Source: Dehalococcoidia bacterium
Lineage (GTDB): Bacteria > Chloroflexota > Dehalococcoidia > Lucifugimonadales > UBA3495
Direction: 5' to 3'
Assembly (NCBI GenBank): GCA_965116565.1
Contig: OZ220699.1
Coordinates: 2,442,858 to 2,506,857 of the forward strand
DNA length: 64,000 nucleotides
Positions 26,394 to 37,052 of the stretch are shown here, piece by piece (the stretch's first letter is position 1; every line of letters begins with the position of its first letter). The position numbers were made by a program, and so were the translations under genes. The notes under the pieces are model-generated. The model was not told the origin of the DNA. It searched no databases and saw only the letters and a list, made by a program, of their open reading frames with translations.

Positions 26394-26523
26394 TCGGTGT
26401 TTTACCTTCAGCCTCCAGCGTATCTGTTATGCTGGCTGGCGTCCTAGCGCGATTCTAGCAGACCCGCCGTCAACATAGAATACGCGCACGTCGCCCGCTC
26501 GGATCTCTCGAGGAGTCTCCCCG

Positions 26524-28575
26524 ATGCCTAACCGCCTTGCCAACGAGACCAGTCCCTACCTTCTCCAGCACGCCGAAAATCCGGTGGACTGGTATCCCTG
26601 GGGCGAAGAGGCCCTCAACCGCGCCCGCGACGAGGACCGTCCCATCCTCCTCAGCATCGGCTACTCCGCCTGCCACTGGTGCCACGTCATGGAACGCGAG
26701 TCCTTCGAGAACGATGACATCGCTGCCGTCATGAACCAGCATTTCGTCAACATCAAGGTTGACCGCGAGGAGCGCCCCGACCTCGACGCCGTGTACATGG
26801 AAGCCATCCAGATGCTCACCGGCAGCGGCGGCTGGCCCATGACCGTGTTCTTGACCCCTGAAGGCCGGCCCTTCTACGGCGGCACCTACTTCCCCCCCGA
26901 GGATCGCCAGGGCATGCCCGGTTTCCCTCGCCTGTTGGAGGCCGCCAGCCAGGCTTACCAGACCAACAAGAGCGAAATCGAGCGTGTAACCCGCCAGCTT
27001 TCCGAGCAGATGGGCCGCTCCGGCCAGATGCCGCGCGGCTTCACGCCCCTCACCACCGAGGTGATGCACAACGCCTACTCCCAGCTTGCCACCCAGTTTG
27101 ACCACCTCAACGGCGGCTTCGGCAACGCTCCCAAGTTCCCCCAGCCCATGACCCCGGAGTTCCTGCTGCGCTACTACCGCCACGGATTCAACATCCGCGC
27201 GCTGGAAATGGTCGAGCACACGTTGCAGAAAATGGCCTACGGCGGCATGTACGACCAGGTCGGCGGCGGTTTCCACCGCTACTCCACCGATGCCTACTGG
27301 CTCGTCCCCCACTTCGAAAAGATGCTTTATGACAACGCCCTCCTGGCCCGCCTCTATCTCCACGCGTGGCAGATCACCCGCAACCCCCTGTACCGGCGTA
27401 TCACCGAGGAAACCCTGGATTACGTCCTGCGCGAGATGACCGACTCCGCCGGCGGCTTCTACTCAGCCCAGGACGCCGACAGCGAGGGCGTGGAGGGCAA
27501 GTTCTTCGTGTGGACGCCCGACGAGTTGCGGCCCCTGCTTGGCGACGACGCCGACCTCATCATGGCCTACTACGGTGTCTCCGAGCGAGGTAACTTCGAA
27601 GGTTCCAACATCCTCAACGTCGCCCGCCCGCCGGACGAATTCGCCGATCAACGCGGCGTTTCCGAGGAAACGTTGCTCGGCGCCATCGCCCGCGCTCGCG
27701 CTACCCTCCTCGATGTCCGCGAGCAGCGTATCCACCCGCTCCTCGACGACAAGGTGCTCACGTCGTGGAACGGCCTCATGCTCCGCGCTTTCGCCGAGGC
27801 CGGCGCCGCCCTCGATCGCGCTGACTACCTGGACGCCGCCAGGGCCAACGCGGCGTTCCTCCTCGAAAACATGCGCGACGCCAGCGGCCGCGTCCTACGA
27901 ACCTGGCGCAACGGCGAGGCCAAGCTCCTCGGTTACCTCGAAGACTACTCCTGCCTCGCCGACGGCCTGACCGCCCTCCACGAAGCGACCCTCGAACCCC
28001 GCTGGCTTCAGGAAGCCGTTGCCACTGCGGACGGCATGATCAACCTTTTCTGGGACGACGTCGTTGGGGGCTTCTACGACACCGGCAATGACCACGAACA
28101 GCTTGTCATCCGCCCCCGCGACGTGTTCGACAACGCGCAGCCCTGCGGCGGCTCCGTCGCCACCGACGTGCTCCTCCGGCTCGGCGTAATCACCGGCAAC
28201 GACGACTACTCATCCAAGGGCGCAACCCCTCTCCGTGCGTTGCAACAGCTTTTGGGCCGCGCGCCCAGCGCCACCGGGCACTGGCTGGGCGCCCTGGACT
28301 TCTACGTCTCCCTGCCTCGCGAAATCGTCATCGTCGGCCCCGCCGGCGCTGATTCCACCCGCTCAATGCTCCGCGAGGTCAACTCACGCTTCATGCCCAA
28401 CAAGGTCGCCGTGGGCATGGCCGATCCCGCCAACCCGCCGTTGAAAGACTCCCCGCTGCTGGAACAACGCGCCATGCAGGACGGCCAACCCACCGCCTAC
28501 GTCTGCGAAAACTACGCCTGCCAACTCCCAGTGACCGACGCAGCCGCCCTCGCCGCCCAACTCGACCGCCAGTAA
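26524..28575 (+). CDS. Thioredoxin-domain protein of the YyaL/DUF255 (SSP411-like) family
   Basis: [29 protein letters not shown]...[22 protein letters not shown], followed by an alpha/alpha-toroid-like C-terminal region. Confidence 0.88.
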   Translation: MPNRLANETSPYLLQHAENPVDWYPWGEEALNRARDEDRPILLSIGYSACHWCHVMERESFENDDIAAVMNQHFVNIKVDREERPDLDAVYMEAIQMLTGSGGWPMTVFLTPEGRPFYGGTYFPPEDRQGMPGFPRLLEAASQAYQTNKSEIERVTRQLSEQMGRSGQMPRGFTPLTTEVMHNAYSQLATQFDHLNGGFGNAPKFPQPMTPEFLLRYYRHGFNIRALEMVEHTLQKMAYGGMYDQVGGGFHRYSTDAYWLVPHFEKMLYDNALLARLYLHAWQITRNPLYRRITEETLDYVLREMTDSAGGFYSAQDADSEGVEGKFFVWTPDELRPLLGDDADLIMAYYGVSERGNFEGSNILNVARPPDEFADQRGVSEETLLGAIARARATLLDVREQRIHPLLDDKVLTSWNGLMLRAFAEAGAALDRADYLDAARANAAFLLENMRDASGRVLRTWRNGEAKLLGYLEDYSCLADGLTALHEATLEPRWLQEAVATADGMINLFWDDVVGGFYDTGNDHEQLVIRPRDVFDNAQPCGGSVATDVLLRLGVITGNDDYSSKGATPLRALQQLLGRAPSATGHWLGALDFYVSLPREIVIVGPAGADSTRSMLREVNSRFMPNKVAVGMADPANPPLKDSPLLEQRAMQDGQPTAYVCENYACQLPVTDAAALAAQLDRQ

Positions 28576-28614
28576 ATCCCCTCTACCCCGATCGGAGAGG
28601 GTCGGTACGGCACA

Positions 28615-28634
28615 CCCTCCCCTGGCGGGGAGGG
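28615..28634. terminator. GC-rich hairpin between convergent genes (terminator-like, no U-tract)
   Basis: CCCTCCCC-TGGC-GGGGAGGG, a perfect 8-bp stem. A second weaker hairpin lies at about 28579-28600. Confidence 0.35.
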
Positions 28635-28667
28635 CGACACTGGGCCGGCCCGCGAGCGCAGAAACGG

Positions 28668-29843
28668 CTAGAGAGTTTCCAGCGCGCGCGCTATGCGTTC
28701 CACTCCCTCGACAACGCGGTCGGCGGGAGATCGCATCAGCGCGATACGGAAGTGGCCCTCTCCGCTCGCCCCAAAGCCGATGCCAGGGGTCACCACCACC
28801 CCCTCCCTTTCAACCAACAGTTCGGCCATCTCCGTGGATGACATATCCGCCGAGTAGCGAGGGAAAAGGAAAGTCGCCCCTTCGGGCAGCGGACAGTGTA
28901 CGCCGGGTACCTGTGACAGCCGGCCGACGCAGCGCACGCGCAGTTCATCGCAGTCATCGCGCCACTCCGCCACGTGATCCTGCGGGCCTTGCAGGGCGGC
29001 CACCCCGGCCATCTGCACGAAAGGAGACACAAAACTGGCCGTTTGCTCCTGTATCTTCAGCAGTGGCTCCAGCAGGTTTGACTGGGCCACGATGCAGCCC
29101 AACCGCCAGCCGGACATGGAATAGGCCTTGGTGAAGGTGTAGCTGGTCAGGGTCCGTTCCGCCATGCCCTCCAGAGTCGCGACGGTAACGTGGCGGTTGG
29201 AATCGTAGAGGAAATACTCGTAGGTCTCATCGCAAAGGACCAGCAGATCCTGCTCCTGGGCCAAACGCGCTACGACCGCCAGCTCTTCCTCCGTGTAAAC
29301 CCGGCCCGTGGGATTGTTCGGGTTATTGATGACGATCATCTTGGTGCGCGAGGTCACGTACTGCTTCAGCCGCTCGTAGCTGATGTGGTATTCCTCCTCC
29401 TCGCTGAGCGGCACGCCGACGGGCACCCCCTCGGCCATCTCCACCTGCTGGGCGAAGCTGACCCACGTGGGCTCGAGGACCAGCACCTCATCTCCCGCCT
29501 CTATGTACGCGTTGATGGCCTCATACAGCCCCATCTTGCTGCCTGGAGTGACCAGGATATCTCCGTCGGGATCGATGGTGCGGCCGTTGTGGGCCGCCAG
29601 CTTCGCGGTCATGGCCTGGCGCAGTTCGGGCAGCCCTCGGGAGGAGCTGATGTTGGTAAGTCCCGCGTTCAACGCCTGAATGCCAGCGTCGATGATGTGC
29701 TGCGGGGTTACGTGGTGCGGGCTGGATTGGCCCAGGTCAATCACGTCGCGGCCCTGCCGGGCCAATTGTCGGGCTTTTTCTCCGGCGGCCAGGGTGGCCG
29801 GAGGCTGTACTCGTTGGATGCGCGTGGCGGGGGCTCTGGTCAT
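28668..29843 (-). CDS. Class I/II PLP-dependent aminotransferase
   Basis: NPNNPTG, and a PLP-lysine context SYTFTKAYSMSGWRLG. About 390 aa. Confidence 0.88.
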   Translation of the reverse strand: MTRAPATRIQRVQPPATLAAGEKARQLARQGRDVIDLGQSSPHHVTPQHIIDAGIQALNAGLTNISSSRGLPELRQAMTAKLAAHNGRTIDPDGDILVTPGSKMGLYEAINAYIEAGDEVLVLEPTWVSFAQQVEMAEGVPVGVPLSEEEEYHISYERLKQYVTSRTKMIVINNPNNPTGRVYTEEELAVVARLAQEQDLLVLCDETYEYFLYDSNRHVTVATLEGMAERTLTSYTFTKAYSMSGWRLGCIVAQSNLLEPLLKIQEQTASFVSPFVQMAGVAALQGPQDHVAEWRDDCDELRVRCVGRLSQVPGVHCPLPEGATFLFPRYSADMSSTEMAELLVEREGVVVTPGIGFGASGEGHFRIALMRSPADRVVEGVERIARALETL

Positions 29844-30166
29844 GGTTCACCTCTTTCCTGTCCTGGCTGCGTAGTTTAGCAACCCCGTTGCCGACGGGCC
29901 ACACGCCCCGCGATACCGGACGGTTTCCCTTGGCGACTGCTCACCGGCGCGGGAACGGCAGTCAGACGACTGTGCCGCCGGGGAATCCCATCACAATCTC
30001 ACCCGTTGCTCAAGAGTTTCGGCCGGCTTTTGGACACCCCTCAATCGCCATGAAATTACCTCTCCCGTAAATTGGAGCGGTTTGATGCGCGGGATGTCAG
30101 CCTTTGATTGGTGGAATCATATTCTCCGCCAAAACTCCGGCCTCGCGCGATAATCCTCACCACCCC

Positions 30167-31561
30167 CTACCGCGCCGGAATCAACCCCGCCGCCGAAACG
30201 GTCTCCCGGTTCACCGTATCCGGCAGCCGGTACCTGTGCCATAAGGCGGCGCCCAGCAGCACCAACACCCCGGCCATCACCGGCGCCAGCCGTATCCCCA
30301 GCGGATTCTCCGGTGAATCCCCCAGCAGGCGGATGAGGCTCAGCATCAACGGCGGCAGGGCGTACGTAACCTTCTCGAAGAAGTTCTGCGTCGAGTAGAA
30401 CAGCGCTTCCCGCCGTTCGCCCCGCAGGACCGCGTCATAGTCGGCGATGTCCGCCGTCAATCCCTTGGGCAGCAGGAACACCGCCGCCATCGGCATCCCC
30501 GCGATGAACGCGAAAATCAATCCCTGCGCCACCAGGTGCTCCGACGACACGATACCAACCAGGCTGAACAGCGGGAACACCAGCCCGCTCGCGATCAGGC
30601 ACACACCGTACAGCCGCCGCTTGGTCACCCTGCCCGTCAGGAACATCACCCAGATGATGATGCCGGCCAGCACCACGCCGCCAATCACGCTCGTTGACAG
30701 GAAACTCGACGTCGCTCCTTCCTTGTCCTGCAGCAGCACCGCCACCGCGAAAAACGGGATCCAACCCTGCATCACCCCCGCTCCCGTCGTGAACATCACG
30801 AACGTGGGGACGAATGACACAAACTGCGTATTCCGGAGTGTTTCGCGCAAACCGCGCCAGAACTGCACCCTGGCTGGCGGCACGTCCCTCCGGGCGTGAT
30901 TCCACACCGCCGCCAGCGAGCCGGAACGGAACACCAGGGCCACCGCCGCGAAAATTATCCCCGTAATCTTGAACCCGTAGGCGTCCTTGATGAACCCACC
31001 GGCCACCAGGCCCAGCCCGGCGCCGAATACCGCAAACAGGAAGATCAGGCTGATCAGGTTCATGCGGTCGCCCGCCGTTGGCGTCACCTCCGGAACCAGC
31101 GCCTCCAGCGCCCCGCTCGACATCGTCGTCGCAATGAAAAACAGCTCCAGCATCAACACGAAATAGATCGCGTTCCACCAACTGCTGCCGTCCATCGGCA
31201 GGAACCAGATCAACGCGCCGAACAGCGCGTAAAACGGCGTCGCGAACAGGATGAACGGGATCCGGCGTCCCCATCGGCTGTGTGTCCGGTCGCTCCACCA
31301 CCCGATCAGCGGGTCGGTGAACGCATCCACGAAACGCCCCAGGAATATCAGCGCGCCCGCCACCACCACCGCGTCGATCGGAAACCCCAACACGTTCACG
31401 TCGGGAACTCGCGTAACCCCCTCGATAGCCGGCGGAGCCAGGAAAAACAGCACCCATTGCTGCCGGAAATAGGACAACGCCTGCAGCCCAACATGGTCGG
31501 CCGTGAAGAAAAACTTGTTGACCAGCGGCAGCGGCGCTGTCTGGCGTCCTGGGTCAGTCAT
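30167..31561 (-). CDS. MFS-type transporter (GPH/MFS_2-like)
   Basis: About 12 hydrophobic segments. DPLIGWWSDRTHSRWGRRIPF is the loop 2-3 motif typical of glycoside-pentoside-hexuronide-type carriers. Confidence 0.72.
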   Translation of the reverse strand: MTDPGRQTAPLPLVNKFFFTADHVGLQALSYFRQQWVLFFLAPPAIEGVTRVPDVNVLGFPIDAVVVAGALIFLGRFVDAFTDPLIGWWSDRTHSRWGRRIPFILFATPFYALFGALIWFLPMDGSSWWNAIYFVLMLELFFIATTMSSGALEALVPEVTPTAGDRMNLISLIFLFAVFGAGLGLVAGGFIKDAYGFKITGIIFAAVALVFRSGSLAAVWNHARRDVPPARVQFWRGLRETLRNTQFVSFVPTFVMFTTGAGVMQGWIPFFAVAVLLQDKEGATSSFLSTSVIGGVVLAGIIIWVMFLTGRVTKRRLYGVCLIASGLVFPLFSLVGIVSSEHLVAQGLIFAFIAGMPMAAVFLLPKGLTADIADYDAVLRGERREALFYSTQNFFEKVTYALPPLMLSLIRLLGDSPENPLGIRLAPVMAGVLVLLGAALWHRYRLPDTVNRETVSAAGLIPAR

Positions 31562-31880
31562 CGTATCCCGTGATTAGTCATCAATGTTATGTACGCGCCG
31601 CAATGTATCACATCCGCCCTGTTCCGCCCCATCTCTCGCCCGTGCATCGTCCCGGCGCAACTGGCCGAAAACATCGACTGCACTCGCTGGGCCGTAGATT
31701 TTCCAATCTAATGCCACCGCCCGAGGTAAAATTTGTCACCCATCCCATCCTGTTTATCCCGTTCATCATTTTCATACCGGCAAAAAATCATCGTCGGCCG
31801 TTGTTATGCGTACTAGTCCCAACAATGCCAATTGGGACGTGCTTCTCCGGGCAATCGCATTTGGAATTGACAGGCTCGTC

Positions 31881-31900
31881 ACTCCGGCGAAAGCCGGAGT
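31881..31900. repeat. GNRA-tetraloop hairpin repeat unit (copy A)
   Basis: ACTCCGGC-GAAA-GCCGGAGT with flanks CGTC/CCA. Copy B at 37918-37937 is ATTCCGGC-GAAA-GCCGGAAT with the same flanks. Confidence 0.7.
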
Positions 31901-32151
31901 CCAGAGGCCTCAGACGGAGGAAACGGTAACGAAACTGCCGGGTTCGGGCAACGGACGCCGGCTTCAGTGAGTATGACGGCAGCAGGGAGCGCCGGGCCAA
32001 AGTGCCAAACGTTCAAATGCGATCGTCCTGGTGATTTCCAGCCCCACGCCCTGACCGTTGACATCCGTGTGGTAACATATCGACCGTCGTGCCAAAGTGC
32101 GTACGACCGCTTTCCAACCCCCGCATTCAGCACCCATTCAGAGGTTTCAAC

Positions 32152-32625
32152 ATGGCCATTACCGTAGGACAGTCCGCCCCCGATTTCACCCTCCACGAGA
32201 ACCCCGCCACCCAGCATAGCCTCAGCGACTACCGCGGCAAGAACGTCGTCCTGGCGTTCTTCCCCGGTGCCTTCACCGGCGTCTGCACCACCGAAATGTG
32301 CGCCTTCCGCGACCGCATCGACGATTTCAACGGCCTGAACGCCGTCGTCCTCGGCATCACCGTCGACCCGCCTTTCGCCCAGGCCGCCTGGAAAGTCGCC
32401 AACAACGTCGAGTACACCTTCCTCAGCGACTACAACCGCGAGGTCGTCAACGCCTACGACGTCGCACTACCCGGCCTGGCCGGCATGCAGGGCTACGTTG
32501 CCGCCAAGCGCGCCGTCACCATCGTCGACGGTGAGGGCATCGTCCGCTACCACTGGGTGTCCGAATCACCCGCCAACGAACCCAACTACGACGAGGTTCG
32601 CGCCGCGGTGGCCGCCCTCAGCTAG
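32152..32625 (+). CDS. Peroxiredoxin (Bcp/PrxQ-like, Cys form)
   Basis: APDFTL...GKNVVLAFFPGAFTGVCTTEMC. ATG 32152 is chosen over the longer track ORF. Confidence 0.88.
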   Translation: MAITVGQSAPDFTLHENPATQHSLSDYRGKNVVLAFFPGAFTGVCTTEMCAFRDRIDDFNGLNAVVLGITVDPPFAQAAWKVANNVEYTFLSDYNREVVNAYDVALPGLAGMQGYVAAKRAVTIVDGEGIVRYHWVSESPANEPNYDEVRAAVAALS

Positions 32626-32650
32626 ACCACCCGCAATCAGCCAACTTCGT

Positions 32651-32684
32651 GGAACCCCTCTCTGTTTGAGAGGGGTTCCTTTTT
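32651..32684 (+). terminator. Rho-independent terminator of the peroxiredoxin gene
   Basis: GGAACCCCTCTC-TGTTT-GAGAGGGGTTCC followed by TTTTT. Confidence 0.85.
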
Positions 32685-32991
32685 CGTATCGTCCCCACTT
32701 GATCGGCGGGTGGAGTTTAACCCGCTCAACCGGCCAGTGGACGTTCCCGCCGTGCTATCCCAACGCGTCGATCGTGGGTTTCGGATACCCATAAGGATAC
32801 TCTTATGCCATGAATCGCTGGATTTCTAGCCCGTACCACGACGGCCGCACCGCTGATGGACCCATTGCTTCCGGTTTTGTTCCTAGTCATGGCCGGCATG
32901 TGCCTCTTCGTGGGTACACGGCAGGATCGACCTCGGGCGAATTCCTCGCCAACGCGTTGGCCTAAGTGATCAGGTATCGGGTCCCACGCAC

Positions 32992-33966
32992 TCACTCCGG
33001 CCACGGGTATCCGACCAACCGGTCCACCACCATCTCCGTCAATCGCTCGGCGTCCACGCCCAGGCACACGTCAACCGTCGCCGGACGCCCCGTCATCCCG
33101 TACCAGTCCACCACCGTCTGACCCCGCGTCAACTCGCTTCCTGTAACAACCGCCACCGGCAAACGCTCCGCCTCGAACAACGTCGGATCAATCGCGTACG
33201 CCACCGCAGGCACGTCGTTGTACCGCACCGCCTCGCCCTCCGCCAGCCGGCCCAGCCGTCGGTAAGCCGCCCGCGTGTACTCCGACGCCGACACCAGCAG
33301 CCGCACCGCCGGCGCGGAGCACCCTTCCAGCCTGCGGAATTGCTCGTCCGACAGCCCGCAGTGGTCGCAAACGTCCAGCCCTACCTGGGCAATCGCCGCG
33401 CCCGAATCGTACAGAATCGCCGCCGACTCCGGGTCCTCGTGGATGTTTGCCGTCGCCACCGGCGATACGTTCCCCGGCACCCGCACCGCGCCGCCCATCA
33501 CCACCACTCCCGCCAACGCGGCCGCGATCCCGGGCTCCAGCCGCAACGCCAACGCGACGTTCGTCATGCGCCCCAGCGCCAGCACGGTGATATCCCCCGG
33601 CGCCGCCATCACCCGCCGCGCGATCTCCACCGCCGCATGCTCCATCGGCCGGCCGCGCGCGCTGGTACCAACCGCGTCATCCGGCGCAGCGCCTCCCAGC
33701 GCGTCTCCTCCGTGGATGTGCGCCGCCCACCCTTCGTTCGCCGTCCTGAGCAGGGGCCCCTGCGCGCCCGGGTACACCGCGATATCCGACCGACCCGCCG
33801 CCGCCAGTATGCGCCGCGCGTTGGTTTCGCACTGCTCCATCGAACCGTTCCCGTAGCTGATCGTCAGCGCGTCCACCTGCAGTTCCGTGCTCGCCAGCGC
33901 CAGCAGGATCGCTGCCGTATCGTCCACTCCGGGGTCTGTATCGACTATCACGCGCTTGGCCATCAT
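32992..33966 (-). CDS. Nucleoside hydrolase (IUNH family)
   Basis: N-terminal [19 protein letters not shown] aspartate cluster. About 320 aa. Confidence 0.88.
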   Translation of the reverse strand: MMAKRVIVDTDPGVDDTAAILLALASTELQVDALTISYGNGSMEQCETNARRILAAAGRSDIAVYPGAQGPLLRTANEGWAAHIHGGDALGGAAPDDAVGTSARGRPMEHAAVEIARRVMAAPGDITVLALGRMTNVALALRLEPGIAAALAGVVVMGGAVRVPGNVSPVATANIHEDPESAAILYDSGAAIAQVGLDVCDHCGLSDEQFRRLEGCSAPAVRLLVSASEYTRAAYRRLGRLAEGEAVRYNDVPAVAYAIDPTLFEAERLPVAVVTGSELTRGQTVVDWYGMTGRPATVDVCLGVDAERLTEMVVDRLVGYPWPE

Positions 33967-34054
33967 GTCCTGCCTTTTTGACGATGCTGACGGGTTGAGG
34001 CATTATAGCCGCTGCATTTCGCCCTCTCAGGCGGGCGAATCGGAGGGAATTTCA

Positions 34055-35143
34055 ATGGCGGTCAACGAAGTTAAGGCTGTAATTTCTCGGGCCAAAGGAG
34101 CGCCCGTCGAACTCGTGACGATCCACGTGCCCGACCCCGGCGAGGGCGAAGCCCTTGTGCGCGTCCAGGCCTGCGGCGTATGCCACACCGACCTTCACTA
34201 CCGTGAGGGCGCGATCAACGACGAGTTCCCGTTCCTGTTGGGCCATGAGGCTGCGGGTATCGTCGAAAAAGTCGGCGACGGCGTCACCAACGTTCAGCCC
34301 GGCGATTTCGTGATTCTGGCCTGGCGGGCCCCCTGCGGCAACTGTCGCTCCTGCCAGCGCGGCCGCCCGTGGTACTGCTTCGCCAGCCGCAACGCCCAGC
34401 AGAAAATGACCCTGCCCGACGGCTCGCACCTGTCCCCGGCCCTGGGCATCGGCGCTTTCTGCGAGTTGACCCTCGTCGACGCTCTCCAGGCCGTCAAAGT
34501 CGATCCGGCCGCCAGCCCCCTCGCCGCCGGACTCATCGGTTGCGGCGTCATGGCCGGCATCGGCTCGGCCATCAACACCGGCGGCGTCAGCCGCGGCGAT
34601 TCCGTCGCCGTCATCGGATGCGGCGGCGTCGGCAACGCCGCCATCGCCGGCTCCCGCCTCGCCGGCGCCAACACCATCATCGCCGTCGACATCGACGACC
34701 GGAAACTCGAATGGGCTAAGGGATTGGGCGCGACCCACACCATCAACTCCACGCAGACCGACGCCGTCGAGGCCATCCGCGCGCTCACCGACGGCAACGG
34801 CGTCAACGTCGCCATCGAGGCCGTCGGCAATCCGGCCACCTACGAGCAGGCTTTCTACGCCCGCGACCTCGCCGGCACCGTCGTCCTCGTCGGCGTACCC
34901 GACCCGACCATGAAGATCGAACTCCCCCTCATCGAGGTTTTCGGACGTGGCGGCACCCTCAAGTCCTCGTGGTACGGCGACTGCCTGCCCACCCGCGATT
35001 TCCCCATGCTCATCGACCTCTACCTCCAGGGCCGCCTTGACCTCGACGCCTTCGTCAGCGAGCGCATCCGCATCGGCGACGTGGAGGAAGCCTTCGCCAG
35101 CATGGGCCGCGGCGAAGTCCTCCGCTCCGTGGTCGTCATGTAA
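34055..35143 (+). CDS. Zinc-dependent class III alcohol dehydrogenase (S-(hydroxymethyl)thiol dehydrogenase-like)
   Basis: [10 protein letters not shown]...[15 protein letters not shown], plus the structural-zinc Cys cluster [15 protein letters not shown] and a GxGxxG motif (VIGCGGVG). GGAGGG RBS before ATG 34055. Confidence 0.88.
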   Translation: MAVNEVKAVISRAKGAPVELVTIHVPDPGEGEALVRVQACGVCHTDLHYREGAINDEFPFLLGHEAAGIVEKVGDGVTNVQPGDFVILAWRAPCGNCRSCQRGRPWYCFASRNAQQKMTLPDGSHLSPALGIGAFCELTLVDALQAVKVDPAASPLAAGLIGCGVMAGIGSAINTGGVSRGDSVAVIGCGGVGNAAIAGSRLAGANTIIAVDIDDRKLEWAKGLGATHTINSTQTDAVEAIRALTDGNGVNVAIEAVGNPATYEQAFYARDLAGTVVLVGVPDPTMKIELPLIEVFGRGGTLKSSWYGDCLPTRDFPMLIDLYLQGRLDLDAFVSERIRIGDVEEAFASMGRGEVLRSVVVM

Positions 35144-35314
35144 CCACCCGATCCAATGAGTGCCCTCTCCCTCTCTGGGTAGCACATTTGAAGGCTCATC
35201 CGCCGTTGGGAGCAGAGATCGAAATCTGGAGTGAGCGTGGAACCGCAAGCGCACCCCCTCTCCCCTGACGGCAGAGAGCCGGGGTGAGAGCGAGACCCTC
35301 CCAAGGAACAGGAT

Positions 35315-36052
35315 ATGGCAACTTTCGTCCTCGTCCACGGCGCATGGCACGGCGGTTGGTGCTGGTGGAAAACCGCTCCAATCCTGCGCGAAAACGGCCA
35401 CCGCGTCCTGACCCCCAGCCTCACCGGCCTCGGCGACCGTGAGCACCTGGCGCGTCTCATCCCGCCCGCCGTCCTCAACCTCGATCTCCACATCCGCGAC
35501 ATCGTGCAGCTCTTGGACTCAGACGACCTCTCCGACGTCATCCTCGTCGGCCACGCCTACGCCGGCATGGTCATCACCGGCGTCGCCGAGCTGCGCCCCG
35601 ACCGCGTAGCCACGCTGGTTTATGTCAATGGCGTCGCCCCCGAAAACGGCGAGGCCATGATCGACCAGCTGGCCGCCGTCCGAGGCCCGGAATTCGTCGC
35701 CCGGATCCAGCAGCACATCGCCGATGGCGAGCCCTTCATGGCCCAACCCACCACGCCCGACGAAGTCGCCCAGCGTTGGGCCGTCGACGACCCTGACGAC
35801 CAGGCCTTCGTCCTGCCCCGCCTCTCGCCGCAGCCAACCTTGACCTTCTCTCAGCCCGTCCGAACCGGCCGTCCAGAGCCCGCCAACCTCCGCCGCGAGT
35901 TCATCCTGTGCAGCGAGTCGGGATTCGAACCCGTCGCCGAGCGCGCCGCCGCCAACGGTTGGGGCGTCCACCACATCGACACCGGCCACGACCCCATGAT
36001 CACCGAGCCAGCCCAACTCGCCCAAATCCTCCTCGCCATCGCCGCCACCTGA
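35315..36052 (+). CDS. Alpha/beta-fold hydrolase (methylesterase/SABP2-like layout)
   Basis: FVLVHGAWHGGWCWWK...LVGHAYAG...HHIDTGHDPM. Confidence 0.75.
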   Translation: MATFVLVHGAWHGGWCWWKTAPILRENGHRVLTPSLTGLGDREHLARLIPPAVLNLDLHIRDIVQLLDSDDLSDVILVGHAYAGMVITGVAELRPDRVATLVYVNGVAPENGEAMIDQLAAVRGPEFVARIQQHIADGEPFMAQPTTPDEVAQRWAVDDPDDQAFVLPRLSPQPTLTFSQPVRTGRPEPANLRREFILCSESGFEPVAERAAANGWGVHHIDTGHDPMITEPAQLAQILLAIAAT

Positions 36053-36055
36053 TCG

Positions 36056-36168
36056 CCCGGCCCGCATCCGGACCTCCCGGACTCGCATCCAGACCTCCGC
36101 CGGACCTCGCATCCGGCCACCGAACCCCCGCCGGACCTCGCATCCGGCCACCGAACCCCCGCCGGACC
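36056..36168. repeat. Tandem repeat array: two perfect 31-bp units plus degenerate flanking units
   Basis: CCGGACCTCGCATCCGGCCACCGAACCCCCG occurs at 36100-36130 and 36131-36161. A partial third unit lies at 36162-36168, and degenerate units (CCGGACTCGCATCCAGACCTCCG etc.) lie upstream. Confidence 0.85.
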
Positions 36169-37052
36169 ATGCCCAATCGCTCATGGTGAGCCTGTCGAAA
36201 CATGAGCATTCCCGCCGGTCCATCGTAATTGCGAGGGCACCGCCAGGAGTGGATGGCGGTTCCGTCTCGTTTCCGCCCCCCACCGCAGCGTGTCGGTGCG
36301 TACAAGCCGTCGCGAAATCCGCGCCGTACCGCCACGTGCAACGTTGGTGGCGCCGGGCATGCCTGGCCCCACACCCTCCATCCACTCCATTGTGAGATCA
36401 ACATCCCACAATCCCGCCAAACTAGCCCGCCACTGGCGGATTCATGCAAATCAAAAACTGGTGTGACACCCGCCCGTTGCCCGTAGTCGCACCCACGTTC
36501 TATCCTACATATGTCAGGTTCCCCGCAACGTACTCGAGAACCGCGCGGGGTCGCCGCATCGCATGCAGCGGCGTTTTCACCAAACCATGGAAACATAGCG
36601 AGGTGTCAAAAGGTTCGGGTCGCATAACGGCCTGTCGGTTACCAAAAGCAGAATACGGTTCCTCTGGAGCCTAGAGTCGCTCTATTACCCGACCAAGCTC
36701 CCGGAACCCGGTGGGTGTCACCACCGCCCCGTGCCGCAAAGCTACGGCTCGTTGAGTCGGAGAACTGCGGGACACGGAAACCTAGGACGATATCTTTCTG
36801 CGCAAGCAAAAAAACAGTGTTGGCCGTGCTCCGACACGCAACCCGAACCATCAACCTGACGCCTTCATCAATCAGCAAACTCAACCGCAACGACTGGAGG
36901 AACTGTAAACCTCGAACATATCGAAAGGGCCGCGCCAACCGGCCCTCCCAACAACCGAATATCGCTCCTCTCACGACTCTGACCCGGCCGCCCGGTGTGC
37001 TACGATACCCGGCGCTAACTCGGGCAATCCAACCTAGAAGGAGATTTCCAAC

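Noticed and set aside
35917-35936. GGGATTCGAACCC, which looks like the reverse complement of a tRNA T-arm
   Set aside because: It lies inside a well-supported alpha/beta hydrolase CDS (…CSESGFEPVAERA…). No matching acceptor stem or anticodon arm can be built around it.
36056-36168. Possible CRISPR array
   Set aside because: The units are directly abutting 31-bp tandem repeats without spacers, and there are no cas genes in the window.
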